Shown here piece after piece: positions 49,858 through 61,791 of a stretch of DNA of 64,000 nt. The DNA lies in the IMG/VR virus record IMGVR_UViG_2706795957_000001, positions 29,578 to 93,577 of that record; one strand, 5' to 3'. Each line of letters opens with the position of its first letter. Position 1 is the stretch's first letter. The notes under the pieces were generated by a model, which was given only the letters and a program-made list of their open reading frames with translations, searched no databases and had not been told where the DNA came from. The DNA is from a virus (lineage: Duplodnaviria; Caudoviricetes). The position numbers and the translations under genes are program-made.

Positions 49858-50481
49858 ATGCGAACGCTTGCCATCATCTTCATTGTCATCTTGACATCCT
49901 GTGGCATTAACATCGCGCAGGCAGGGGACTCCGTTGCGGGTGGGTGCCCCACAGTCCAGCGATATGCCATCGGCGGCACTGGGGATCCAACCAGCTCCAA
50001 GTTTCCCAACGCGCCATACCCGCGGGTCAACATTGCGTACCCAGCCGACGTCTACCGCGGCGACCACTCACGCCAGGTCGCCATGTACAGCCTCGAAACT
50101 GAAGCGCGCATATTCCGAAACCACTGCCCGCGCACCAAGATTGAAGTCTACGGCTACTCCCTGGGTGCGTCGGCAGCATCACTCGTCATCGACCGCTGGC
50201 AGCGTGACCCAGTGATGAGCCGCAACGTCCGCGCCTACTACTACGGCAACCCACGGCGCCGACCAGCCGGCGGATATGGTGGCATCGAAACAGTCGGATT
50301 GCCCCATGTCCCCAACACCTACACCTGGCGGGGCGCTCGGCATCTCGGCCCAATCCCCACCACGGACATCTGCCGCTTCGGGCGAGACATCATCTGCTCG
50401 TCACCCATCCCCATCCACCGGGACCTCGCGCACGCATGGAATGCGCTACACGGGTACCTCACCGGTGACCACGGATACTGA
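49858..50481 (+). CDS. Exported cutinase/PE-PPE-like serine hydrolase
   Basis: Signal peptide; GGT; GYSLGA nucleophile elbow; YGNP; C...D.IC; C-terminal His. Confidence 0.8.
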   Translation: MRTLAIIFIVILTSCGINIAQAGDSVAGGCPTVQRYAIGGTGDPTSSKFPNAPYPRVNIAYPADVYRGDHSRQVAMYSLETEARIFRNHCPRTKIEVYGYSLGASAASLVIDRWQRDPVMSRNVRAYYYGNPRRRPAGGYGGIETVGLPHVPNTYTWRGARHLGPIPTTDICRFGRDIICSSPIPIHRDLAHAWNALHGYLTGDHGY

Positions 50482-50489
50482 GGAACACC

Positions 50490-50747
50490 ATGAACAAACG
50501 ACGTTTGGTGATGCGCGGCGCCCAGGCTTGGTTCGTTATCGGGGGGTTCACCGCATACCATGAGCTCACCTGCACGCCGGGTGAACTAATGTCGGAGGCA
50601 ATCGACCGGGCGATCGAGAAGCACCCCATTCTCACCCGGCTTGTATTCGTCATCATCATGCTTCACCTCAACAACTGGATCCCCAAGAGGCTGATGTGGT
50701 TGGACCCGTTTCACCAGCTCGCAGTGGTGACCAAAAAGGTCGCATAG
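50490..50747 (+). CDS. Small membrane protein
   Basis: E.....GELMSEA.DR....HP.......HL......DPF pattern of actinophage small proteins. Confidence 0.7.
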   Translation: MNKRRLVMRGAQAWFVIGGFTAYHELTCTPGELMSEAIDRAIEKHPILTRLVFVIIMLHLNNWIPKRLMWLDPFHQLAVVTKKVA

Positions 50748-50850
50748 CTAATTAGACGCCAATACACTTACCTTAGGTGGGTGGTGCTCTGATTGGCGTC
50801 GCACAATCACACTAACCCGAGGAATCTCCTCGAAAATCCTCTTCAACGCA

Positions 50851-50882
50851 GATACCCCCGGCCTATCGCCGGGGGTATTTTG
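50851..50882 (+). terminator. Intrinsic terminator
   Basis: ATACCCCCGGC/GCCGGGGGTAT plus TTT. Confidence 0.8.
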
Positions 50883-50905
50883 CATATTCACCAGAAAGGT
50901 GAACC

Positions 50906-51097
50906 ATGATCGACTCAGTAATCCTCGAAAACAACACCTACGAGGAAATCACCGACGCACTATGGGGCGACCTGCTCGAGCTCAGCGCCAAGGCCAAGCG
51001 AGCATACGAAGTCGGCGACAAGAACCAATGGGACATACTCCACAAACTCATCAACGAGGACCTAGACCTCCTTGAGGTCACACTCGCTATGATCTAG
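50906..51097 (+). CDS. Small acidic protein
   Basis: SD AAAGGT; converges with the leftward arm. Confidence 0.55.
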   Translation: MIDSVILENNTYEEITDALWGDLLELSAKAKRAYEVGDKNQWDILHKLINEDLDLLEVTLAMI

Positions 51098-51429
51098 AGC
51101 TCGTACTCGTTGAGTCGCCACCGTCGTTCTTGGTGGTCGAGATGAATCGGGTTCCAGTACTCAAAGTCGGCGCGCGCCATGATTGCCTTGCGGTGCCACT
51201 TCACCATCTTCTGGAAGATCTCGCCATCCCAGGGCTTGCCGGCCTCGAGCCACGCCATATGCCACTTGTCTCGCTTCGCCTCAGCCTTGATCATCTTGGC
51301 CTCGATGGGTGCGATACGGGCGGTTGAGAGCTCGACAAGCTCATCGGCCACCTCGACGGCCAGCGCGACGTCGGCATCCTTGACGCGCTCCGACTGAGTC
51401 TTGCCGAACAGTGAGTAGAGGGATGCCAT

Positions 51430-51804
51430 CTAGTCCTCCTTCACCTCGTCTCGCGCCCGCGGCTTGGAGCGGCCACGGTTCTTCGGGTCCGGGCCCATGC
51501 CGGCCTCCCATAGGCGCTGGCGAACGACCGTCAGGCTGCAGCCCAGCTCCTTCGCCGCCTTCCGCATCGAACCGCACCCGTCGATAGCGGAAAGCACATC
51601 CTGGATCGTGATGTCCTGCCGACCTCGCGGCTGCTGCTGGTTCTGGATGACGTCGTGGGCGACCTTCCACACCGTACCCGGCGGGATGTTTGTCGCGTCC
51701 GAGATCTCCTGTGTGGTCTTGCCTTCCATCGCTTGATTGCGGATGTAGATCCTCACGCCCTCCGTAAGTCGCTCGTACTTCCTGCGCTCCTTGATGACAG
51801 TCAT
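51430..51804 (-). CDS. Double-HTH DNA-binding protein
   Basis: TTQEISDATNIPPGTV and SMRKAAKELGCSLTVV. Confidence 0.7.
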   Translation of the reverse strand: MTVIKERRKYERLTEGVRIYIRNQAMEGKTTQEISDATNIPPGTVWKVAHDVIQNQQQPRGRQDITIQDVLSAIDGCGSMRKAAKELGCSLTVVRQRLWEAGMGPDPKNRGRSKPRARDEVKED

Positions 51805-54800
51805 CGTGTCCCCCTTCCTTGTGGAGAGAATGGTCAATACCACCATCATAGCAAATGATGGAAGTCAGTGGTTAGAACGGGGCGGGCGGCTTCAGGACCA
51901 CCTCCACGTTCTCCAGCTCCTCGCCAAGCTCCCAGACGACATCGTCTACGGCTAGCCGGACCAGGCCGATCTCAACCTTGTCGCCAATACGTGGAACCAT
52001 CGTGGCATCCTCGACGACATACTCCTGGACCAACGTGAAGTCCTGGACCAGATCCGGGTCGGGGACCTGATAGACGATCCTCATTCTCTTGCTCCCCTCT
52101 TCCAGAACGGCGTGAACCAGCCGGTGCGGATGTGAAGCTCACACCCGCGGATGCCTAGGTCGCACAGTGCATCCCGCGGGTGGGTGAGCCAGAATCGCCA
52201 CATCAATCTCACTCCGCCTCCTTCCATTCCTCTTCGCCGGCCTCGCGTGTCAGTACGGTGTACCCGAATGACCAGGCTCGGTCTCGTGCTTCTTGCTCAC
52301 TGTCGGCTAGGAAGATACAACCCTTCCAGATGTTGTCCGGGCCGTCCGATCGGTCGACGGTTGCCCACTGGGTCTCGGTCATGCTGTCGCCTTTGCGAAG
52401 TACTCGTAGGGGTCGTTCTCGTAGTCGTAGTTGGAGCTGGCCCAGAACACCTCGCCGGAATCGGCGAAAAGGGTCCAGGTGTGCGATGCACCGAGCAGGG
52501 TCTGCGCGTGGCTCTCAGCCTCGTCGAGCGCATCCTGTAGGTCGCATGCCTCCACGATGACCTTGTTGCCTTGGAAGTCGATCACGGTCCAGATCATGGG
52601 TTCCCCTCCAGCTTCTCGAGCATCTGCAGCACGCCGGTGATGAAGATGCCCGGTTCCGATGCCCACCAGTCCTCGCCGGCGCACATCAGGTAGTAGTTCT
52701 CCGCGGCCTGCATGACTGTGCCGTCGGACTCGCGCGCGGTTCCCCGGTTGGCATGCTCCATCAGATACGTCCACAGCATGGACACCACAGCCTCCCGCGA
52801 CTCCGGTGTCGCCGTGCGGTACGTGAACCCGTCCTCATTCCACTCCAGGCCATTGGTCCGGGATGGACGGTTCGCGTCGTCACTGTTCCACTGCAGTCGG
52901 TGCTCGACTGCGAAGTCTGCGAGCGTGTCAACGATGGTCATTTAGCGGCCTCCTTTGCTGCCATCCTCAGCTCATCCCGCGTCACGTCGAAGCTCACCGC
53001 GGCGTTCAAGACCGCGATCACCTGACGAGCCGCGGAATCATACTCCTTCCAGTTGGCTTGACCGAGAATGTCCCACTTGTCGGTGTCGCTGTAAGGGCCC
53101 CACGACTTGATCTCCGCAGTCGGGCACCCCTCGATGCAGATGAAGTCGCTGTTGCGGTGCTCGTAGAAACAGAACGTCCAGCCATATGCATTCGACACAG
53201 TGATGCCATGTTCGCGGCAGTTGTTGAACACGCCGAAGCTGACAAACTCTCCCATCTCCGCGGCGACCCGGGTGCCAACCTCGCGGGCGATGTCGACCTG
53301 CCCCCCCTCGCCCTGAAACTCGGGGTCGAGCCACTCCTCGACAGTGCGCTTGTGGGTGTCACACTTCGCGGTGTACTCAAGGTACTCGTTGTACTGATCG
53401 GTGATGTGCATGTCGAGTGCGGTCTGAAGGATCACGCCGGCACCTCCTTTCGATCATGGGTGATGATGGCGTTGTTAAATGCTGCGAGCTCGAGCTTGAG
53501 TAGGGCTGACCGTGTATCCTCGACCCGGTAGTCCAGGGTGGTGTCCGGCACCAGCTCGCGGAGCAGCTCGCGGAAGTCTGACGCAGCGTTCGCGATGCGC
53601 TCGTTGTCGGTGTTGCCTTCGAGCTTGATAGTGTTGGTCATCAGTAAACCTCCTTCATGTGGTCGGCGGTGACCTTGTACGAGCGGTTCAGGATCGACAG
53701 CAGCTTGGACTCGGCCAGCTTCGAATCCTGAGAGAACGCGTAGTGCTCGAGCTCCGCGCGCAGCCAGTCGAGCTGGGCACGCGTGTTGTTGTGGTGCCGG
53801 TCGAGTGCGTCCTGGGTTGCCTGCGCGTCGGCGACCTGCTGCTGGACAATGGCCCCGAACAGGTCAGAATTGAAGATGGTCTCGGCGGGGGTGGTCATGC
53901 GAACCATCCGATCACTTCGTCGAGGTCGCTGTCGTGGTAGCAGTCGGCCACTACCTTGCTCAGGTTGAGCTTCTTGCGTGGATTGTCGAGCTGCCAGACG
54001 ACCGCATTAGCCAGCAGGTTGAGTGCGTCGATCACACCATCTTCGCCAAGGTCGGCCCGGTCCGCGATCGCGAGGCATGCTTCGTCGACCATCTTTGTGA
54101 TCTTCTCTTTGGTGTAGGTCGCGTTGCTCACTGACCAACCTCCTGTGAGTAGAGCACGGTGACCGGGGTGTCGTTCGGGATCTCGTCGTACCAGTTGACA
54201 AGCAGCCGCCCGGATTCGGTGAAACGCATCCGACTCGGGTCCGTGCTGGCCTCCACGCCGGCGACCAGAACCGTGTCCTGGATCATCGGAATGACATAGC
54301 GCACCGTGACGTGGATGATGTCTCGGCCCCCGTCGATGCGGGGCACGTCGTACCGGTAAACCATTCCCGGCTTGATCTCGTCGGCAGTCTTGGTGGTGTC
54401 GATGACGGTGGTCATGGTTTGCCCCTTCAGACTGTGTAGTAGGAGTCGTCAGCCGAGATGAATCGGACGACTTCCTCGTGTGCGTCACCGATTCCGGCGT
54501 CGGTGGTGATGTAGTGGTCGATGACGGCGGCGATGCGGGGTCGTTCGCTGCTCACCACCTGGTCGATGGTGAGGTGGATTGCATCCAAGTCCTGCGCGAT
54601 GTCGACTGCGGCACCGGGGTTCGGTGCGGAGACGTCGCGGTATCCGCCGCCCAGGTAGATGACGCGGTAGAGGTTGAGTTCCATGGTTAGTTCTCCTGAT
54701 CTCGAATGTCTGCTTGTCGGTTTGCGTTTCGGCTCATCCGCCGGCGCTGCTTGCGGTTGGGGATCGGTGAGGCAGCACTACTGCGGCGAAGTTCCTGCAT

Positions 54801-55734
54801 CTTGCGCATGTAATGCTTGTTCTCGCTGGGCATTACAGACCCTCGACGCCCGTCACCTCGATGCTCATCTCGTCCATGTCATACGCGCGCCCCTGCGGCA
54901 GGACGCCAACATACTGGCGGGCGGACTTCTTGGCCTCGGCTGCAGCCTCATCCCAACTGTCCGGGTCGGCCATGTCGTAGCGGTCGACCTTGACGTACAC
55001 CTCGACCTCGACCTTGACCTTGAACGGGTAGTAGTGGTCGCTCACTTCTCCTCCTCCAGTTTTCGTACCGCCTCCCGGGCCTCGACCAGGTCTGCGTAGG
55101 TGCCGGCCACGTCGCCCACGTGTGCGTTCGCGATGCCCCATGCGACCGTTCTGGACACGTTCGACGGCAATGCTTGCACCCGACCGTGGTCCTTTGCGCG
55201 TCTGATCTCGACCTCTATGTCGTCGGCGATCTGCCGCAGCCTGTCGGCGACGAACTGCGCCTTCTCGTACACCCGCTCCTCCAGGAGGGAGATGTACTGT
55301 GCGTCAATGTCGCTCACTTCTCGAACCTCACGGTGATGTCAGCCTCGTCGGCGAGTGGGGTAGCGTCGTAGAGCATGTGCTCCACTTCGCCATGGATGCC
55401 GTCGTGGTCTTCGAAGATGACGGTTTGCATTAGGTCGGCGAGTAGACGCCCGTCCAGTTCCTCCATGGTTGCGCCGACGGACTTTCCGAGCGTCACGCCA
55501 TGCTCCGTCAGCATTTCGATGACCTCACTGCGGGTGAGCGCGATGCTCTGGGTGATCTCTCGTTCGATGATGAACATTGATGTCAGCCCTTCGGGTTGTT
55601 GGTGACGAACTGGCGGTTGATGTCTCTCGAGCCGGGGAAGTGGTGGCCGGCGGTGCTCTTGCGGAGGTTCGGGGCCTTGATCAGATTCACGGTCATTGGT
55701 GGTTCCTTTCAGAGTGTCTTGCGTGTTGCATTAG

Positions 55735-55764
55735 ACATTAGACGATGTGGATGGTGGGTGTCAA
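55735..55764 (-). promoter_or_regulatory. Promoter TTGACA-N18-TAATGT with TAGACA repeat
   Basis: Seen directly in sequence. Confidence 0.75.
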
Positions 55765-57478
55765 CCCCGTAGGGTCAGACCCCTTTCGACCAGTAGCGAA
55801 CGCCACCCGCGTAGTACAGCTGGACCACCTTGTCGACATCGGGCAGCGTCTCGTCGAGTGCGTGCATGAAGTACTTGTCCTCGTCGTAGAGCGCAATCGA
55901 CCGGCGCACGTCGAGGTTTGCACGCTGCACCAGGCTGGAGTTGATGAATTGCACCATGAAGTTCTTGTTGATGCTGCGCTGCATCATGTCCAGTTCGGAC
56001 GGATTCAGTTCGATCACCTTGTGGCTCACGGTTTCTCCTTAGTTGAAGTTGGCGGGCAGAACGTTGGGAAGGTTCAGGTTGACGGTATCCACGATCGAAC
56101 GTGCGACGACGTTGTGCCCCTTGGCATCACAGACAGCGATGACCGCAGCGATCTCATTCTGGGTACCGTCGTCGTCCTGCTGGTAGACCTGGGTGATCGC
56201 GTCCTGGATACCGTGGGCATCGACCAGGCAGATCATGCCGTCAGCAAAGATCACGCGGTAGCGCTTGCGAGTCACCACCCGACCCCCTGCCAGAACTCGA
56301 CTGTGCCGTCGACACTGTCCGTGTAGCTGGGCCAGTCGAAGCGTTCACCGGCAACCAGGATCGTGTCCGGGGTGATGTACTGGACGTGACTCATGACCAG
56401 TTCGATGGTCTCGGAGTCCCACTCAGCCTGCTGCCCAGTCACTTTCATGATCCGGGCGATGGCGAGCTGGGCATCACGTGGGTTGATCTGGTCTGCGATG
56501 CGGTTGATGTTTGTGGTCATGTCAGTCCTTAGTTGATGGTTAGTTGGTGGTTGGTGGCCAGGTGGTGTCACCGTTCGGTGTCCACACCAGCTCAGAGTCG
56601 GAGAACTCGAAGGTGTGCGCGACGACTGCCTGATCGGTGAGTCGGGCGATCTGCCGTGCCTCCACGAGGCTGTCGTAGTAGTGGTCACCCTCGTTGTCGT
56701 CGGAGTCGACCAGGACATACTTGACGATCTCAGCCATGTCAGATCCCGTACTTGAAGCGTCGGATCTCACGCCGGCGCAGGGTCTCTCGTCGCTGCTCGA
56801 ACTTGGTTGCACGTGCCATGTCAGTTGTCTCCTTTGTTCAGTTCCAGTCGATTGCCCAGTCGGTGGGCACTTCAAGTCGATTGCCGCAGTTGAGGCACAG
56901 TAGGTACTCACCGTCTCCACTCTCGGAGTAGGTGTCGTCATAGGCAGAGATGGTGTTGGTGTCCGGATCAACCCTGATCGCCCAGGTGCGCTGGTAACCA
57001 CCCTCGGCGAGGACCCAGCTGTGCTTGCACTCCTTGAGCGTGCGAAGTAGGTCGGCCATGTCAGTCGTCCTCCAGCTTGTAGCCGCCGACCCGGTTGCCG
57101 TTCTGGTCGAAGATGGAATGTGTGGTGCGCGGCACGCCGTACTCCTCGATGTAGTCCGCAACCTTGCGCAGGATGCGCGCGATCTCGACACCGGCGGCGT
57201 ACTCGTCGATCTCGCCAGCCCCGCCACCGAACGCGGCGTTGCTGGTGCGGATGGTGAGTTTGAACTGGTCGCTGTTCATTGGATCTCTTCCATGCTCATG
57301 TTGCCCAGGTCGACCAGGTACTTGACACCGCCGGCGTCCACGTCGGTGACCGTGAACACGTTCGCGCCATCGGGGTCACCCACAAAGGTGCCGCGGATAA
57401 CGTTCAGTGCGGCGATTGCGGCATCAATGGGAGAGCCGGTATCTTCGTCGTCGATCTCCCACGTCACGATGTAGTTGC

Positions 57479-58105
57479 TCATGCTGCGGCCTTGCCTTTC
57501 ATGGTGTGTGCGGCAACCCAGGTGATTGCCTGCATCTCGGATGGTTCGATACCGATGGTCTGTGCAGCCTTGCGGTAGGCATTAGACACACCGGCATACA
57601 CGCCCTTGCGGTTGATGTACGCGTAGTCCACGCCAGCGATCCGCATTGCCCAGGAGTCCACGGTCACGTAGTCGGTGTGACCCAGGATGTTGTGCGCGAA
57701 CGAGTGAGTCTTGATGTCCGGCGTCATTTCGCCGAGCGGGTCGTCCTGCAGGTACAGCGCGTTGTATGCCTTGCGCCAGTTCTGATGAGTGAGGCCGGCG
57801 GTACCCGGCACGCGCGGCGCCTGGTCGGCAGGGGCGCCCGGTGTCGCGAGTGCCAGAGCGAACGCCACGTTGTCCTCCCACTTGACCTGCGGAGACAGGT
57901 GGGCGATGGCGACCGCGCATGCCTCTACCTGTCGGTTAGACAGTAGGGCACACTGTTGCGCGACGTCAAGCGCCTCCTTGTACCAGAGCTGGCCGGCAAT
58001 GATGTCAGCGTCGGTAGCGAGGTCGAACACCGAAAGGATGTTCGAGACCATCGCGCGACCACCGACTCCATTCGTCTGCTTGTACAAGGGCTTGCGGGTT
58101 GCCAT
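57479..58105 (-). CDS. Conserved phage protein, possibly DNA-glycosylase-like fold
   Basis: G..WY, A.LSP...W..N, K..SF..NI....VTVD.W, Y..AA...G..P..MQAI.W. Confidence 0.6.
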   Translation of the reverse strand: MATRKPLYKQTNGVGGRAMVSNILSVFDLATDADIIAGQLWYKEALDVAQQCALLSNRQVEACAVAIAHLSPQVKWEDNVAFALALATPGAPADQAPRVPGTAGLTHQNWRKAYNALYLQDDPLGEMTPDIKTHSFAHNILGHTDYVTVDSWAMRIAGVDYAYINRKGVYAGVSNAYRKAAQTIGIEPSEMQAITWVAAHTMKGKAAA

Positions 58106-58160
58106 GGGGGTTGCCTTTCATTGCCTTTGGCTTTCTGTTGGGGGTCTTGCTGTTGATTAG

Positions 58161-58190
58161 ACACTATCAAACGTGTCTAGTGGAAGTCAA
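58161..58190 (-). promoter_or_regulatory. Promoter TTGACT-N18-TAGTGT
   Basis: TTGACTTCCAC family; TAGACA motifs in spacer and at -10. Confidence 0.75.
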
Positions 58191-58194
58191 CCCC

Positions 58195-58647
58195 TCAGGG
58201 GTGGTCGGTCCACTCGGTCGCGTTGGGGAAGTCGTCTTCCAGCGTGGTGAAGTCGCCGCGCTGGGAGTAGGGCTCAGCATCAACCAGGACCCATCGCTCA
58301 CTCGCGCCGTTCTGGAACACGACGCCGACCATGCCCTCAGGCACCGACTCTTGCCAGCTGCCCCATGCCGCACCGACCAGGTGCTTACCCTCGTCCAGCA
58401 ACGCGTTACGTCGATCCTCGCGCACCTGGGACTGTTCGGCACCCTCACGGCACCGATCGCCATGGACGCCGTTCAAGCCACCGCGCAGCTTGTAGCAGGC
58501 CGCGCAGTACGCCGGCGGGGGGCAGTAGTGCAGAGTCCCACCGTTGCGCAATGTCACCTTGTACTTGCACTTGCGACGTCGCACGCCGCCCGACTGTCCG
58601 CAGTTGTCGCAGACCAGTCGACCGCGCATGTCGTAGCAGTAACCCAT
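58195..58647 (-). CDS. Cys-rich hypothetical protein
   Basis: CxxC pairs; coupled to upstream ORF. Confidence 0.65.
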   Translation of the reverse strand: MGYCYDMRGRLVCDNCGQSGGVRRRKCKYKVTLRNGGTLHYCPPPAYCAACYKLRGGLNGVHGDRCREGAEQSQVREDRRNALLDEGKHLVGAAWGSWQESVPEGMVGVVFQNGASERWVLVDAEPYSQRGDFTTLEDDFPNATEWTDHP

Positions 58648-58650
58648 GAC

Positions 58651-59013
58651 TCAGTCCTCCAGCGATTCGGCCAGCGCGATGGTCTCGGTGATGTAGCCGT
58701 TGTCTTCCAGGTCGACCGACCAGTCACACATGACGTCGTAACCGTCGTTGCCGTAGACCAGGACGACGCCGTAGGGATCGTCCGACGTCGCCGGGTAGGC
58801 GAACAGCGTGTCCATGTCGGTATTCATGAGCTGGCTGAACAACGTGCCGGCGTCGGTGGTGCGCGGGTGACGCTCCTCGCCGTCGTGGACCGACAGTTCG
58901 AAGCCGTGTCCGAGCAGTTCGCGAACCAGCGACTTGACGATCCGGCGTTCGATCTTGTACCGGCGCTTGACGTTTGCGCTCATGTAGTCGGGCAGTTCCT
59001 TGTCGGTGTACAT
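58651..59013 (-). CDS. Hypothetical protein
   Basis: SD GGAAGG; LVYGNDGYDVMCD motif. Confidence 0.7.
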   Translation of the reverse strand: MYTDKELPDYMSANVKRRYKIERRIVKSLVRELLGHGFELSVHDGEERHPRTTDAGTLFSQLMNTDMDTLFAYPATSDDPYGVVLVYGNDGYDVMCDWSVDLEDNGYITETIALAESLED

Positions 59014-59423
59014 CAGAATTCCTTCCAGAGATGGGTGATACCGACCACGGCCACCAGGGTGACGACCGTGAACAGTGACGTGATGATGACGAACTGGAGT
59101 GCATGCAACCAGGGATTCATGTCACCACTCCTCATCCCAGGTGCAGTGGCACCGATCCTTGACGTACTCGCAGTACTCGCAGACGTTGTCCATGGGACAT
59201 CCTTTCGATCGAGCTAACCCATGTGTGGTGTGCCCACCTGTGAATTAGACAGATGGGCACACGGACACAGTGGTCAGTCCACGTTGCCGGACTTGGTCCA
59301 GGCGTTGGGCGTGTACTCGGCTTGGCCGCTGCGCGACTCGGCACGCAGGGTGTCGACGTCAACCTGGACCTGCTTGAGCAACAGCGTGTCGTCCATGTTC
59401 ATGGTGTCTCTCCTTTCTCGGGG

Positions 59424-60695
59424 TCAGGCCGCGGCGCGCGCGGCGATGGACTCGCGGGTGGGCACGGTGTTGCGGGCGATCAGGTGCCAGGCCTTGCCGT
59501 TGCCCATCTTTCGGCGGGCGTGGTCGGGATTGCGCCACATATCCCCGGCAATCCAGGGATGGTGGTACATGCTGCCGCGTGCCAGCATGGTGCCGTCGGG
59601 CAGCGTGGCGACCTCGGTTGCCGTGTGGGCCGTGCCGTACAGGGGCGTGCCGTCCGCCTGCTCGACCTCGCGGCGATGCTTGGGCTTGGTGATGCGGGTC
59701 GTGGGCATCATTTGCCACAGCCAGTGCCGACCGTAGTTCTTCCCCTGCCCGCTCAACCAGTAAGACCAGTCGCCGGTAAAGTCCACGGCCTCGACAGCCG
59801 GCACGAAGTCGGTGTCATCCTGCATCTTGAAGTTGTAGTCGTTCTCGACCCAATCGCGAACCGGGCCCGTGCGCTTGGTGATGACACCGCCCATACGCCT
59901 GATTTGGGCCGTCGTGATCTCGGTCGGGATTGCGAACATGTCACCCTGCCGGGTGACCTCACGACCCATGTCCTCAGCGGTGAGGACCGCCTCAGGCTTG
60001 AGCGACTGCATTGCGTCCTCGAACGACGACACCGGACGTGGCAACTCCGACAGGAAGTACAGCGGTCGCGACTCCTGCCGGTCGAACGATGACACGTAGT
60101 ACGCCGTGCGCTCGAACTCGCCCCACGGCTGAGTCTTGGCCGTGAATACGGCATCACCCAGCCAGTGCCGCACCGAATGCCAGCGGTAGGTGCCATCGGC
60201 GTCCAACTTGACCAGCTGGCCACCCGCGACCGATCCGACGAAGTGGTCGGTTGAGTCATTCACCCACACGTAGCGCGATCCGTAGTAGCCGGCGCGGACG
60301 TTGTCCACGATCATGCCGCCGGGTGCGACCGACGACGACTGCGCTGTGTACTCGAAGCCGTCCGCCTTGACGTCGATCGGTTCGATCGTCGCCGCCTTGA
60401 TGTTTGCGTTGCTCAGTGCCTCGAACGGCACGATCACGTAGGTGATCTCGGCGCGGGCCAGTGCGTTTCGCACCTCGGACTGGTGCCGGGTAGTCGACAC
60501 CGAGTAGGTGTCACCGTTGAGCACGGCGTGCCGGATCGTGCCGTCGTCGTTGCGGATGAGGATGCCCAGCGGGAAGTGGCGACCGTAGGAGTAGATGACG
60601 TCACCCTCGGAGAACACGTTGCAGCCGGCCAGGGTGGTGCGTAGACCCTTGGGGTTGCTTATCCACCGTGCGACCATCTTTTCGGTGTTGGACAT
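59424..60695 (-). CDS. Large hypothetical protein (423 aa)
   Basis: IYSY..H...NGD.YS.STT.HQS N-terminal domain; RQGD motif; SD AAAGG. Confidence 0.75.
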   Translation of the reverse strand: MSNTEKMVARWISNPKGLRTTLAGCNVFSEGDVIYSYGRHFPLGILIRNDDGTIRHAVLNGDTYSVSTTRHQSEVRNALARAEITYVIVPFEALSNANIKAATIEPIDVKADGFEYTAQSSSVAPGGMIVDNVRAGYYGSRYVWVNDSTDHFVGSVAGGQLVKLDADGTYRWHSVRHWLGDAVFTAKTQPWGEFERTAYYVSSFDRQESRPLYFLSELPRPVSSFEDAMQSLKPEAVLTAEDMGREVTRQGDMFAIPTEITTAQIRRMGGVITKRTGPVRDWVENDYNFKMQDDTDFVPAVEAVDFTGDWSYWLSGQGKNYGRHWLWQMMPTTRITKPKHRREVEQADGTPLYGTAHTATEVATLPDGTMLARGSMYHHPWIAGDMWRNPDHARRKMGNGKAWHLIARNTVPTRESIAARAAA

Positions 60696-61044
60696 GGGGT
60701 TGCCTTTCAGTGTGTTGAGCTAACCGTTGAGTGATCCGTCCAAGTGTTGGTTAGACACTTGGGCGGACGGACCCACAAGTCAGTTCCGGTATGCCGAGCT
60801 GTCGTTGTAGTAGCGGCCATCCCAGACGCAGGGCAGGCCATTGGTGTTGCCATCCTCGTACTCGCACGCGGGCAGCACTGCCACCATGGATGGTGGCACG
60901 TTGTCCAGGTCAACCGGTGCCGGTGCCTGATGTGCGATGAACAGGGACAGGATGAACGTGGTCACGAGCATGTGAACCTTTCTGATGTCTAGCTGATGAC
61001 TAGACACTAGCAAGCGTGAATAGTGGGTGTCAACCCTAGGTTAC

Positions 61045-61323
61045 TCAGCTGAAGAATGCGACCGACCAGCTGTTGATCGGCTCAGCGAACCAGTCGGACC
61101 CGAGCACCTCACGCGTGATCTGCTGCAGGTCGTCGCGCAGGTTCCAATCGTAGTCCGGGCACTCTTCCCAGCTCACCAGCCACGGGCAGCTGCTTTCCTC
61201 ATGACTGCCCGGGACCACCGTCGGTTGGTGGCCGACAAACCAGCCATCATCGAACTTGGCATCGTACTTGGCCGCGAGGCGTCGTGCGATCTCAGCGACC
61301 TGGTCGCGATTGAGGGTTGCCAT
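61045..61323 (-). CDS. Hypothetical protein
   Basis: Own promoter and SD. Confidence 0.65.
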   Translation of the reverse strand: MATLNRDQVAEIARRLAAKYDAKFDDGWFVGHQPTVVPGSHEESSCPWLVSWEECPDYDWNLRDDLQQITREVLGSDWFAEPINSWSVAFFS

Positions 61324-61371
61324 TCTGTTGCCCTTTCGGTGATTCTAGACTATCGAAGTCTGTAGTGGAAG

Positions 61372-61560
61372 TCAAGCAGCGAGCTTGACCAGCGAGACCC
61401 GCTTGACCAGCGAGACCACGGGACGAGCGTGCCGGCCCGAGCTGACATAGGGCTTTGTTCCGCGGAGTTCACCCCACGTCACGTCATCCCAGAGGTCGTA
61501 GATGTGTGCGAGCGCGTCGGTGGGGACGAGCCGCTTGTTATCGGTGCTGTGACGAGACAT
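61372..61560 (-). CDS. Hypothetical protein
   Basis: Own promoter and SD. Confidence 0.55.
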   Translation of the reverse strand: MSRHSTDNKRLVPTDALAHIYDLWDDVTWGELRGTKPYVSSGRHARPVVSLVKRVSLVKLAA

Positions 61561-61730
61561 GGTTCAGGCCTTTCGGATTCGGGAAGTTTGTTTCTCTCTC
61601 GTTCTGGTTTAAGTCTACCAGAGTAGTGAGTGGAAGTCAAACCGTAGTGGTCTGTGGTTTGCTAGCGTCGCAGTGACCATCTAGAACCTAAGTTTGACTG
61701 TGAGCACTGCCCACAGGTCGCCACCCATAG

Positions 61731-61784
61731 TGCGATGTGAGGAATCGAACCTCATCTACTTAGACAGTAGACACCATGCATCGC
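61731..61784 (-). ncRNA. D-armless tRNA-like element
   Basis: GCGATG/CATCGC stem; TCTAC-TGTCTAA-GTAGA arm; TGAGG-TTCGATT-CCTCA T arm. Confidence 0.6.
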
Positions 61785-61791
61785 TGTTTTG

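Larger units (their letters stand above)
51094..57482 (-). other. Leftward arm: about 22 small, mostly acidic hypothetical genes (e.g. 51094-51429, 51872-52084, 52594-52941, 52938-53435, 54128-54415, 55042-55317, 55314-55577, 57061-57279, 57276-57482)
   Basis: Tandem coupled ORFs with SD sites; no recognisable motifs. Confidence 0.65.

Noticed and set aside
50750-50850. Hairpins between the last rightward genes
   Set aside because: Single copy with no covariation evidence; cannot be distinguished from terminator or stability structures
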